The translations under genes were made by a program, and so were the position numbers. Shown piece after piece: positions 9,599 through 18,977 of a DNA stretch of 64,000 bases. The DNA is taken from NCBI GenBank assembly GCA_038063515.1, contig JBBTUY010000001.1:74972-138971 (forward strand). The letters are read 5' to 3'. The stretch is from Patescibacteria group bacterium. Lineage in GTDB: Bacteria; Patescibacteriota; Minisyncoccia; Phycocordibacterales; UBA9973. Each line of letters begins with the position of its first letter. Position 1 is the first letter of the stretch. The notes beneath the pieces were generated by a model, which ran no database searches, was not told where the DNA came from, and worked only from the letters and a program-made list of their open reading frames with translations.

Positions 9599-10215
9599 TG
9601 CCGAACTTTTTTGATATAGCTTATATTATCGGTACCTATGGCTATGTAGGTATATTTATAATTGTTTTTTTAGAGTCAGGAATATTTTTTGCTTTACCTG
9701 GAGATAGCCTGCTTTTTAGTGCAGGGCTTTTTGCATCTTTATTTGGTCTAAATATAGTGTTTTTAATTGCTCTTATTTTCATAGCAACATTTCTCGGGGG
9801 AGTTGTGGGATATGAGATTGGCAGATATCTACTCACATTAGAACGTTTCCCCTTTATTAAAAAAATAATAAAAAAAGAACACATAGAAAAAGCCCACACA
9901 TTTTTCGATAAATACGGCTTATGGGCAATAGTACTTTCTCGTTTTATACCCATAGTTCGTACATTTATGCCGATAGCAGCAGGAGTTGCAAAGATGCATT
10001 ACTATACTTTTTTAAAGTATAGTTTGATCAGTTCTATTTTGTGGTCATCTAGTATGACACTTTTAGGATATTTCTTGGGACAAGTTTTTCCTGTGATAAA
10101 AAATTACGTATCACTTTTGACTGTACTTATAGTCCTTGTATCCATCTTGCCTATAGCTTTTGAGATGGCGAAAAAGAAAGGTGGGGATGGTCACCATGGT
10201 GGAGGGCACCATTAG
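9598..10215 (+). CDS. dedA: DedA family membrane protein
   Basis: FLESG..LPGDSLLF and SRFIPIVRTF motifs. Confidence 0.93.
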   Translation: MPNFFDIAYIIGTYGYVGIFIIVFLESGIFFALPGDSLLFSAGLFASLFGLNIVFLIALIFIATFLGGVVGYEIGRYLLTLERFPFIKKIIKKEHIEKAHTFFDKYGLWAIVLSRFIPIVRTFMPIAAGVAKMHYYTFLKYSLISSILWSSSMTLLGYFLGQVFPVIKNYVSLLTVLIVLVSILPIAFEMAKKKGGDGHHGGGHH

Positions 10216-11087
10216 ATTTTATTTAAGATATACTTTTCGATCTTTTTATAGTTTTCTTTTTTATCTAAACTAAACCATTTAATTTCTTTATCACGTTTAA
10301 ACCAAGTCATCTGACGTTTAGCATACTGTATGCTTTCTAAAACAACTTTTTCTATTGTAGGATTATAATATTCAAAGCCTAATTCTTTTAGCCTTTTAGA
10401 ATTTACTCGAGATTTCTTAAGCTTCTTTATCTCGTTTAAAAGTCCTCCATGGTTTTTAGTATTAAACATTTCTTTTACTCTTTTTTCTATTTTCTTTTTT
10501 AAGATATCACTTGGTAAGTACAGACCAATTTTTATGAATGTGTACTGAGGCAAGACCTCAGTAATTTTAGGGACTTTGCCGAGTATTTTTGCTATCTCTA
10601 TTGCTCGTATGAGTCTCACTTTGTTTTTAGTATCGATATTTTCTGCGCGTACTTTGTCTAATTTTGTAAGTATTTTTAAAAGCTCTTCTAGGCTCTTTTT
10701 TTCTAAAATTTTCCTTAATTTTATATTAGGTGGAACTTCAGGGAATACTACACCTTTGGTTAAAGCATCAATGTAAAATCCCGTGCCACCACATATGATG
10801 GGGATGTTGCCTCTCTTTAGTATTTCTTGTATTTTGCTATCACCTAATCTTTTATATTCGGCAACAGTGAATTTATTTTTAGGTTTTACAACATCTAGTA
10901 AATGATGAGGGATACCTTTCATTTCTTTTTTTATTATTTTACCTGTACCTATGTCTAGCCCTGTATATACCTGTCTTGAATCAGCAGATATTATTTCACC
11001 TTTTACTTTTTTAGCAATTTTAACTGCTAAGCCACTTTTACCTGTGGCCGTCTGTCCGAGGATGACAATTATTTTAGCTTTAGACAT
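10212..11087 (-). CDS. miaA: tRNA dimethylallyltransferase
   Basis: GQTATGKS, ISADSRQVY, GGTGFY, YAKRQMTWF. Confidence 0.96.
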   Translation of the reverse strand: MSKAKIIVILGQTATGKSGLAVKIAKKVKGEIISADSRQVYTGLDIGTGKIIKKEMKGIPHHLLDVVKPKNKFTVAEYKRLGDSKIQEILKRGNIPIICGGTGFYIDALTKGVVFPEVPPNIKLRKILEKKSLEELLKILTKLDKVRAENIDTKNKVRLIRAIEIAKILGKVPKITEVLPQYTFIKIGLYLPSDILKKKIEKRVKEMFNTKNHGGLLNEIKKLKKSRVNSKRLKELGFEYYNPTIEKVVLESIQYAKRQMTWFKRDKEIKWFSLDKKENYKKIEKYILNKI

Positions 11088-12430
11088 TATTTTTCTTTAA
11101 GAATTTTTATATCTGCACCAATAGAATTTAAGCGTTCTGCTATCTCTTCGTAGCCTCTGTTTATCATATACACGTTTCTAAGAATAGAGGTGCCTTTTGC
11201 CCCTAGCATTGATATAAGTATAACCATAGAAGGTCGTAGAGCTGGTGGACATACGACCTGTGCAGCTCGGAGAGGTGTGTCATTGCCTGTAATGTATAAA
11301 CGATGTGGGTCAGCTAATGTTATATTTGCACCTAGTCTATTTAGCTCAGTTAAATATATGGCTCTGTTTTCGTATACCCAGTCATGTATCATACTTGTAC
11401 CTTTAGCTTTTATGGCTATAGGTACAAAAAAGGGAAGATTGTCTATGTTTATTCCAGGGTAGGGACTTGAATGAATCTTGTCATTTAGTGCTTTTAATTT
11501 ACTTGGGAAAATTTCTATATCAGCGAGTTTCGTGCGACCGTTTTGTGAAAGATATTCTTTTGAGATTTTGAATTTCAAATTCATGTGTTTTAATTTCTCC
11601 ATTTCAAGAGCGAGGAAATCTATCGGAGTTCTTGTTATGTTGATATGAGAATCTGTTATGATTCCTGCCGAGATAAACATCATAGATTCTATAGGGTCTT
11701 CACTGTTAGAGTATTCTATGTTTTTATTAATTTCTCCGACACCATGTACGGTGAGTGTCGCTGTGCCGATGCCTTCTATTTTCACACCTAAAGCTTCTAA
11801 AAAGAAACATATTTCTTGCACCATGTAGTTTGCGCTTGCGAAAGATATTTTTGTGATACCAGGAATAAGAGCAGAGGCTGTCAGTACATTTTCACATGCA
11901 GTATCTCCTGATTCATACATAACAATATCTGAGATGTGTAGTTTCTTACTTTTTATTTCATAACTGTCTAAGGTTGTTTTTATTTTTACACCGAGTTTTT
12001 CTATTGCGTATATGTGTGCTGCTATTGTCCTTTTACCTAAATTGCACCCATATGCATGGGGAATAGAGAATGAAGATAATTTGTGTATGAGGGGACCAAT
12101 GAGCATTACCACTGAACGTGTTCTTATCGAAGATTCAACATTTATATTTTTTAAATTAAATTGTTTAGGTGGTGTGATAACTAGAGAGTTTTGATTTATC
12201 CATTTTATTTTTACACCAATGCTTTCTAAAATCTCAACTACACGGTACACCTCTTCTATGCGAGCTATGCCATGGAGGGTGGTAGTGCCACTGTTTAAAA
12301 GTGACGCACATAAAAGCCCCACTGATCCATTTTTAGAAAAGTTTGTTTTGATACTTCCGTGTAATTTTTTACCTCCGTGTACCACAAAGTCTATAGAAGC
12401 ATTTGGCGGTGTATTTGATTTTTTATTCAT
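11087..12430 (-). CDS. murA: UDP-N-acetylglucosamine 1-carboxyvinyltransferase
   Basis: SKN motif, GCNLGKR active-site loop, PYPG, YENR, RGYE; start set at ATG 12430 because the upstream codons lie inside tRNA-Leu. Confidence 0.9.
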   Translation of the reverse strand: MNKKSNTPPNASIDFVVHGGKKLHGSIKTNFSKNGSVGLLCASLLNSGTTTLHGIARIEEVYRVVEILESIGVKIKWINQNSLVITPPKQFNLKNINVESSIRTRSVVMLIGPLIHKLSSFSIPHAYGCNLGKRTIAAHIYAIEKLGVKIKTTLDSYEIKSKKLHISDIVMYESGDTACENVLTASALIPGITKISFASANYMVQEICFFLEALGVKIEGIGTATLTVHGVGEINKNIEYSNSEDPIESMMFISAGIITDSHINITRTPIDFLALEMEKLKHMNLKFKISKEYLSQNGRTKLADIEIFPSKLKALNDKIHSSPYPGINIDNLPFFVPIAIKAKGTSMIHDWVYENRAIYLTELNRLGANITLADPHRLYITGNDTPLRAAQVVCPPALRPSMVILISMLGAKGTSILRNVYMINRGYEEIAERLNSIGADIKILKEK

Positions 12431-12433
12431 CTG

Positions 12434-12515
12434 TGCCGGAGGAGAGAATCGAACTCTCACCCCTTACGAGACACGATTTTGAGTCGTGCGCGTCTACCAA
12501 TTCCGCCACTCCGGC
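12434..12515 (-). tRNA. trnL: tRNA-Leu (CAA), no encoded CCA
   Basis: Reverse complement GCCGGAG TGGCGGAATTGGTAGACGC GCACGA CTCAAAA TCGTG, long variable arm, GAGAG TTCGATT CTCTC CTCCGGC A. Confidence 0.95.
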
Positions 12516-12589
12516 AATCCACACATTTTACACAAAAAACACTTTTAAATCAATTATTAGAAATATATTTTCTATGTTAATATAAAAAC

Positions 12590-13609
12590 ATGTCTAACAT
12601 ATATTCCAATTCAATTTTCTGGGTTGATACCGATAAAATCAAGCCAAACCCTTACCAGCCACGTCGAGAATTCGACGAATTGCGTCTTAAAGACTTGGCT
12701 GACTCTATCAGGCAATACGGAGTGCTCCAGCCTCTCACCGTATCTCGCGTAGAGCTAGAAAAGGAGGGTGGTGGGCTTTTAACTGAGTACGAGCTAATAG
12801 CCGGAGAGCGTAGGCTCCGTGCATCTATTCTAGCTGGTGTGTTGCAGGTACCTGTGATCATACGAACAGGTGATACGTCCATGATGAAGCTAGAGCTTGC
12901 AATCATAGAAAATCTTCAACGCGAAGATTTGAACGTCGTTGATCGTGCGAAAGCTTTTGCTCGACTTACAAGTGAATTTAAATTCACTCACAATGAAGTT
13001 GCAAAGAAAGTGGGACGTAGTAGGGAATATGTATCAAACTCATTACGTATTTTATCTCTACCAGAAGAGATCTTAGCTGGACTTGTTGAAAAGAAAATAA
13101 CAGAAGGGCATACAAGACCACTCCTTATGCTCGTAGATCATCCAGAAGAACAAATGGTCTTGTTTAAAGAAATCGTGTATAAGAAAATAAGCGTACGAGA
13201 AGCAGAAAAGCTAGCCCGAAAAATAGCATATGACAGGATTCGCAAGAAAGAGTTTATTCCAGATCCAGAAATAATAGAGCTTGAAGAAGAATTTCAAGAG
13301 AAGCTCGGTACTCGTGTGCACATAGACAGAAAGGAATTAGGAGGTCAAATAAAGATCGACTTTTTCTCTACGGAGGATTTGCGTGAAATCTTGCATTTAA
13401 TAAACAAAGTTGCTGTCGGAGACAAAGCTGGCTTAGAAAATCGTCCTCCTCAAGGAGAGATGCTTGAAAACTATATAATAAAAAATGAAAATAAAGATAC
13501 AGAAGGAGAGATTTTTCCTGAAGATCCAAATACTTTAGATGATAGAAGTAAAGATGAAGAGGAGAAAGATGATCAAGAGCTCTACAATATTTCTAATTTC
13601 AGTGTGTAA
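12590..13609 (+). CDS. parB: ParB/Spo0J chromosome partitioning protein
   Basis: PNPYQPRREF, LIAGERRLRA, IIENLQREDL, HTH. Confidence 0.95.
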   Translation: MSNIYSNSIFWVDTDKIKPNPYQPRREFDELRLKDLADSIRQYGVLQPLTVSRVELEKEGGGLLTEYELIAGERRLRASILAGVLQVPVIIRTGDTSMMKLELAIIENLQREDLNVVDRAKAFARLTSEFKFTHNEVAKKVGRSREYVSNSLRILSLPEEILAGLVEKKITEGHTRPLLMLVDHPEEQMVLFKEIVYKKISVREAEKLARKIAYDRIRKKEFIPDPEIIELEEEFQEKLGTRVHIDRKELGGQIKIDFFSTEDLREILHLINKVAVGDKAGLENRPPQGEMLENYIIKNENKDTEGEIFPEDPNTLDDRSKDEEEKDDQELYNISNFSV

Positions 13610-13614
13610 TTAAA

Positions 13615-15081
13615 CTATTTACCTATTGATTTCAATTTAGACAATAAAGTATTTTTTTCTAAGTAGGATTTAATGTGCTTTTTTGCTACTACCGTTTTTA
13701 CGTGTTCCAGCCATTTGTTTGATGGGTGGGCATCATTTTTCTTGATTATGTCTACTATATCTCTGTTTTTTAATTTAGTAAAAATTGGAGACATTTTACC
13801 ATTTATTCTAACTCCAGAAATGTGGTCTCCTACATCAGAGTGTATAGAGTATGCGAAGTCTATCGGTGTAGAGTCTTCTGGTAGATCTATCACGTCTCCT
13901 TTCGGGGTAAATATAAATATACGATCACTAAAAAAGTCCACTTTTAAATGCTCGAGAAAAGTTTTTGGATCCTCTGGGTTATAATTTAAATTTTTTAAAT
14001 CTTCTATCCATTTAAAATTATCATTATATTCAAATTTCTGACCCCTCTTTGCTTCTTTGTAGAAAAAGTGTGCCGCGATACCATACACAGCATCGTTGTG
14101 CATTTCTTCAGTTCTTATTTGTATTTCTGCTGTTCCTCCTGAGCCAGTGAAGATAGTAGTATGGATAGATCTGTATCCATTTGGTTTTGGTACAGCGACA
14201 TAGTCCTTTATTCTTCCTGGTAATGGTTTCCATATAGAATGTATGATGCCAAGTACTCTGTAGCAATCCTCGATATTTTTCACTATAACCCTCATAGCTA
14301 CTACGTCGTATACCTTGTCTATATCCATGTCTCGTTTCATCAGCTTTTTCCACAAGCTATACTTGTGTTTCATTCGGTAAGTTATTCTGGATATTTTTAT
14401 TTTATTTTTTGCTAATTCTTTTTCAATGCTTTCTTTTACTTCTTCTAAGTTTTTTTCATATAAATCCTTTTTTTCTTTTATTATCTCTTCCATTTCTGCA
14501 AATTCTACTGGGTGGATATATGGAAAAGCTGCATCTTCTATTTCACTTTTTAATTTTCCTATACCAAGACGGTTAGCAAGGGGAGCATATACATTTATGG
14601 ATTCCATGGCTATTCGTAGTCTCTTGTCTTCACGCACTGCGTCTAACGTTCTTAGATTGTGAAGTCTGTCTGCAAGCTTTATTATGACAACACGTATGTC
14701 ATCTGTCATAGCCATGAAAAACTTTCGGAGACTTTCCACGTGTCTCTGGTATCCTCTGTACCTTACTGTGCCAAGCTTTGTAACACCATTTATTAAAAAC
14801 AAAATTTCTTTACCAAATTCTTTTTCTATTTCTTTTTCTGTTATTTCTGTGTCTTCGAGTACGTCATGCAGGAAGCCAGCAGCTATCGTCTGGGGGTCCA
14901 TGCCGAGCTCTGCTAGGGTTTTTGCTGTTTCATATACATGAGTAAAATACGGGTCTCCACTCATCCTCTTCTGACCTCCATGTGCCTTTTCTGCAAATTT
15001 ATAAGCCTTATTTATAAGTTCTTGATCCTCCTTTCTCACTCCAGTTGCCATGAGATTTATTATTTCTTTTATATCAGGCAT
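13615..15081 (-). CDS. rel: RelA/SpoT (p)ppGpp hydrolase-synthetase with TGS domain, short form
   Basis: LHDVLEDT HD motif, KLADRLHN, PKPNGYRSIHT, EIQIRT, FTPKGD TGS; no C-terminal ACT domain. Confidence 0.93.
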   Translation of the reverse strand: MPDIKEIINLMATGVRKEDQELINKAYKFAEKAHGGQKRMSGDPYFTHVYETAKTLAELGMDPQTIAAGFLHDVLEDTEITEKEIEKEFGKEILFLINGVTKLGTVRYRGYQRHVESLRKFFMAMTDDIRVVIIKLADRLHNLRTLDAVREDKRLRIAMESINVYAPLANRLGIGKLKSEIEDAAFPYIHPVEFAEMEEIIKEKKDLYEKNLEEVKESIEKELAKNKIKISRITYRMKHKYSLWKKLMKRDMDIDKVYDVVAMRVIVKNIEDCYRVLGIIHSIWKPLPGRIKDYVAVPKPNGYRSIHTTIFTGSGGTAEIQIRTEEMHNDAVYGIAAHFFYKEAKRGQKFEYNDNFKWIEDLKNLNYNPEDPKTFLEHLKVDFFSDRIFIFTPKGDVIDLPEDSTPIDFAYSIHSDVGDHISGVRINGKMSPIFTKLKNRDIVDIIKKNDAHPSNKWLEHVKTVVAKKHIKSYLEKNTLLSKLKSIGK

Positions 15082-15186
15082 ATAGATTGATATTATAACA
15101 TTTTTTAATGTAGATAAAAATTGTATAAGTTCACAAGTATACGAAACTTTTAATTAGGTTTTTATATATACAGACTACTAAAATAT

Positions 15187-15215
15187 TTGACTTCTTTTTG
15201 TTGAAATGATTAAAT
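15187..15215 (+). promoter_or_regulatory. sigma70-type promoter of leader peptide / accessory operon
   Basis: TTGACT (15187-15192), 17 nt, TGn-TTAAAT (15210-15215); ATG of short ORF 7 nt downstream. Confidence 0.6.
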
Positions 15216-15221
15216 AGAGAT

Positions 15222-15305
15222 ATGGAATATAGTATAAAAAATATGATGGTAATGACGATGAAAAACCTTAATGATCGGGGTTGCTTGTTGCGTTACATAT
15301 ACTAA
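15222..15305 (+). CDS. Putative Met-rich leader peptide (27 aa)
   Basis: MEYSIKNMMVMTMKNLNDRGCLLRYIY*; lies between a promoter and a terminator upstream of a two-gene operon. Confidence 0.6.
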   Translation: MEYSIKNMMVMTMKNLNDRGCLLRYIY

Positions 15306-15326
15306 CTTTTTTAAAAAATGAAACAC

Positions 15327-15357
15327 AAAAAACAGCCTCGAAGAAGGCTGTTTTTTT
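15327..15357 (+). terminator. Intrinsic terminator in 5' leader (attenuator)
   Basis: AAAAAACAGCCT-cgaaga-AGGCTG then T7, ending 13 nt before the ATG at 15371; no convergent gene ends here. Confidence 0.8.
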
Positions 15358-15370
15358 ATTATGAAATAAA

Positions 15371-15964
15371 ATGTATAAATTTAATAATTTAAAAAATAAA
15401 TACATAGTTTGGCGTCACGGAGAAAGTGAAGCTAATAAACAGCAAATTATTGTGAGCGGATTAGAAAATGGTATTTATAATTATGGTCTTACTGAATTTG
15501 GTAAACAACAGGTTTCGTTAAATGCACATAAAGTAAAACTCCACACTTCTTCTGTTATTGTTTATAGTTCACCTTTTAAACGTTGTAGAGAAACTTCCAG
15601 TATTATTGCTCATGAGTTTAAAATTCCACATACAATACACATAGATTATGATTTACGGGAACGTTATTTTGGCAACTTAGATGGTTTGCATGAGATGTAT
15701 TACAAATTAGTTTACGAATCTGACATATATACTAATTTGAAAATTTCATATGGTAATGAAAGTGTTTTGTCTGTACAGGATAGATTAATTTCTTTAATAT
15801 GTAGAATTGAAAATATTTATTCAAATAAGACTATTATTCTTGTAACCCATGCTGATGTTGGGGAGATTTTACAAGCAACTTTTGAAGGACTCTCTCCTTA
15901 TCTACACAGAGATCTACCCAAGCTACGTAATGCTGAAGCTCGAATTTTACTATTAAAGTATTAA
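15371..15964 (+). CDS. Histidine phosphatase (phosphoglycerate mutase-like) family protein
   Basis: RHGES, YSSPFKRCRET, LRERYFG, ILVTHAD. Confidence 0.9.
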   Translation: MYKFNNLKNKYIVWRHGESEANKQQIIVSGLENGIYNYGLTEFGKQQVSLNAHKVKLHTSSVIVYSSPFKRCRETSSIIAHEFKIPHTIHIDYDLRERYFGNLDGLHEMYYKLVYESDIYTNLKISYGNESVLSVQDRLISLICRIENIYSNKTIILVTHADVGEILQATFEGLSPYLHRDLPKLRNAEARILLLKY

Positions 15965-15972
15965 ATATTTTT

Positions 15973-16689
15973 ATGTTACTAACTAATACAGATCCACAAA
16001 ATAACTTATTCACCAGATTAAACAATATAATTAAAATAAACAAACTAAAGTCTTTATTTATTCATGAAAAAAAGGCATCAAAATTATTTAAAATTAAATG
16101 TGTAATATTTTTCGGTTCGTCCGCAAGCGGTAAATCAACTCTAGAAAAAATATTGAGAGAGGTATCCACTGATGATACCTTTTTTCAAACAAAAATAAGT
16201 GTGCCATTTAGAGTAGTTACGCGTAACCCAAGGCAAGATGATGAAAACATAGTATACGCCACAAAAAATAAATTCGATGAGCTTATTACTAAGGATTCTT
16301 TAGCAATGTATGGAGTTAAAAATATGGAGTCTGGACGCATAGAGCGTTATGGATTATTAAAACCATTAATCAACACCCTGCCTATTTATTTTGCCAACAA
16401 TGCTATAATTAAAAATCCGCACAGTATATATCCTACTAATTTCTTAGATGATGCTTTGTTGATATTTCTTTATGCACCTGATTTTGTGCGTGAAAATCGT
16501 TTACGAATTAGATCTCCAGAGTTATTTGAAAAAAATCCAGATGAAGCAAATTTTCGTTTATCACAAGAAGAGAGTTCAGATAATTTTATTTCTGACGCAC
16601 ATGTCATAGTAAATAATTATGGTGTATACGAACAACAAGTTAAGTTGGATATAGTTTATTTTCTTAAAAGTTTGGTAAAGATAATTTAA
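15973..16689 (+). CDS. P-loop kinase, guanylate kinase / PhnN-like
   Basis: GSSASGKST Walker A, RVVTRNPR, YG, APDFVRENRLRIR lid. Confidence 0.7.
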   Translation: MLLTNTDPQNNLFTRLNNIIKINKLKSLFIHEKKASKLFKIKCVIFFGSSASGKSTLEKILREVSTDDTFFQTKISVPFRVVTRNPRQDDENIVYATKNKFDELITKDSLAMYGVKNMESGRIERYGLLKPLINTLPIYFANNAIIKNPHSIYPTNFLDDALLIFLYAPDFVRENRLRIRSPELFEKNPDEANFRLSQEESSDNFISDAHVIVNNYGVYEQQVKLDIVYFLKSLVKII

Positions 16690-16724
16690 AATTAATAAAT
16701 AGAGATTACTCCCATTTTTTGATT

Positions 16725-18938
16725 TTATTCTATTTTTGGTATTTTGTGAGGGTTGTGCATCACGCATGCTTTATTAGAACATCTCTCAGGTATTGTTTTT
16801 GTTCCTTCCATCATGAGGCTACTGCATTCTTTACATATGTTTCCTGTAGGTTTGGCTTTGATAGCAAACTTACAATCAGGATAGTTTGAACAAGAATAAA
16901 ATATACCAAATCTTCCACGTCGTTCTGTAATATCTCCAACTTTACACGTAGGACACATGACGCCTGTTCTTTTCTTTGCTTCTTCTGCCTCATCTTTTTT
17001 TATAAATTTACATTTTGGGTACCTAGAGCAAGATATAAAAGTCCCTGTACCATCACGTCTTTCTTTTATTACTAGCTTACCTCCACCTGATTTACCCTTT
17101 TTCTCTCCACAGTCTGGACATAGCTCTCCAGTTTCTTCTGGTCCTTTTAATTCTGTACCATCTAACATAAGCGCACCTTCACAGTCAGGGTATTTGGAGC
17201 ATGAATAAAACTTGCCTCCACGAGAAAGTTTTATTATCATACTACTTCCACATTTAGGACATTTTATATTTTCCGGCGCATCACCTAAGTTTGTAGCTTT
17301 TTCTAATTTCTCTTTCAACTTAACTTCTTTTATAAATGGTCCATAAAAATCTTTTAAAGTTTTCTCATATTCAGTTTCACCTCGAGAAATCTCGTCTAAC
17401 TTATCTTCCATACTTGCGGTAAACGTATCAGATATGTAGTTTGCAAAATGAAGCTCTAAGAAGTCTGATACAACTTCGCCTGTATCAGTAGGGAAGAGAG
17501 TTTTACCTTCTTTTCGTACGTAACCCCTGTCTTCTATGGTACGCATTATAGAGGCGTATGTAGATGGTCGTCCTATGCCACGAGATTCTAATTCTTTGAT
17601 GAGTCCTGCCTCACTGTATCTACCTGGAGGTTCTGTAAACTTTTCTTCACTTGTAAGTTCTAATAATTTTAATTTTTCTCCTATTTTACAAAGTGGGAGT
17701 TCTACATCTTCACCTCGAGCACCTTCATCTACGGCAAGCCATCCTGGAAATAATAAACGTGAACCAACTGCACCAAAAGACGGAAGATCTTCATGATTTT
17801 TTATTATAGTTTCGATTTTTGTTTTTAATAATTTCGCATCAGACATTTGAGAGGAGACAGTGCGCTCCCAGATAAGTCTGTATAATTTTTGTTCTTCTTC
17901 GCGTCCTGCAAATTCATTTTCTATATGTGTTGGGCGTATTGCTTCGTGTGCTTCTTGAGCATTTTTGGATTTTGTTTTATAGATTCTATTTTGTACATAT
18001 TCTTTTCCATATTTTTTATTAACAAAAGATGAGATTTGATCTTGTGCTGTACTAGAGAGAGTCGTGCTATCTGTTCTCATGTAGGTTATGTGTCCAGCTT
18101 CATATAGTTTCTGTGCTATTTGCATTGTGCGAGAAGGGGAATATCCTAATCTTGAGCTTGCTGTTTGTTGAAGGGTGGAAGTAGTAAAAGGAGCCCGAGG
18201 TGAACGTTTCTGTTCGGATTCTTTTACTCCTTTTACGAGCCAGTTATCTTCTTTTCCATATTTTAAAATTTTATCAACCAACTTTTCATCTCTTGGCTCT
18301 TCACTACATTCGAGTCGAAGACTTTCCTTTTTTATAGTTTCAAATAAGCCAAAAATTCGCCAAAATTTTTCAGGAACAAATGCACGTATTTCACGCTCAC
18401 GCTCCATGATGATACGAAGGGCAGGAGACTGTACTCTTCCTGCAGAGAGTCCATAGCGAACCTTTTTCCAAATTAGTCCTGACAAGTCATATCCTACTAA
18501 TCTGTCTAGTACTCTTCGAGCCTCCTGAGCTTTTCGTAAATCCGTATCTATTTTTCGAGGATGCTTCAATGCTTCTTCTACGGCTTCTTTTGTAATTTCA
18601 TGAAAAGTTACACGACTGATGGGGGCTTTTATTTTCTTATCTTTTTGGAGTAGCGTTTCTATGTGCCAAGCAATTGCTTCTCCTTCTCGGTCGGGGTCCG
18701 TAGCAAGCAATATTTCTTTGGCTTTCTCTCCGAGACTTTGGAGCTCGTGTACAACTTTTTCTTTTCCTTTTGATATCTCGTAATGTGGAATAAACCCACC
18801 TTCTATATCTATGGCTTTCTTGTTTGATTTTGGTAAATCACGAATGTGTCCTATGGATGCACGGACAGTAAAAGCGCCTTCAAGATATTTCTCAATAGTC
18901 TTTGCTTTTGACGGTGACTCAACGATTAAAAGTTTCAT
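16725..18938 (-). CDS. topA: DNA topoisomerase I
   Basis: IVESPSKAKTI, ATDPDREGEAI, SAGRVQS, ITYMRTDS, C-terminal Zn ribbons. Confidence 0.97.
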   Translation of the reverse strand: MKLLIVESPSKAKTIEKYLEGAFTVRASIGHIRDLPKSNKKAIDIEGGFIPHYEISKGKEKVVHELQSLGEKAKEILLATDPDREGEAIAWHIETLLQKDKKIKAPISRVTFHEITKEAVEEALKHPRKIDTDLRKAQEARRVLDRLVGYDLSGLIWKKVRYGLSAGRVQSPALRIIMEREREIRAFVPEKFWRIFGLFETIKKESLRLECSEEPRDEKLVDKILKYGKEDNWLVKGVKESEQKRSPRAPFTTSTLQQTASSRLGYSPSRTMQIAQKLYEAGHITYMRTDSTTLSSTAQDQISSFVNKKYGKEYVQNRIYKTKSKNAQEAHEAIRPTHIENEFAGREEEQKLYRLIWERTVSSQMSDAKLLKTKIETIIKNHEDLPSFGAVGSRLLFPGWLAVDEGARGEDVELPLCKIGEKLKLLELTSEEKFTEPPGRYSEAGLIKELESRGIGRPSTYASIMRTIEDRGYVRKEGKTLFPTDTGEVVSDFLELHFANYISDTFTASMEDKLDEISRGETEYEKTLKDFYGPFIKEVKLKEKLEKATNLGDAPENIKCPKCGSSMIIKLSRGGKFYSCSKYPDCEGALMLDGTELKGPEETGELCPDCGEKKGKSGGGKLVIKERRDGTGTFISCSRYPKCKFIKKDEAEEAKKRTGVMCPTCKVGDITERRGRFGIFYSCSNYPDCKFAIKAKPTGNICKECSSLMMEGTKTIPERCSNKACVMHNPHKIPKIE

Positions 18939-18977
18939 TACACTAGAGTATTACATGAAAGAAAACTCTTTTGCAAA

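Noticed and set aside
12516-13614. parS site near parB
   Set aside because: No match to the TGTTTCACGTGAAACA-type palindrome seen by eye.
15318-15392. Short ORF MKHKKQPRRRLFFYY.. across the attenuator hairpin
   Set aside because: Composition simply reflects the terminator sequence; no independent start signal.
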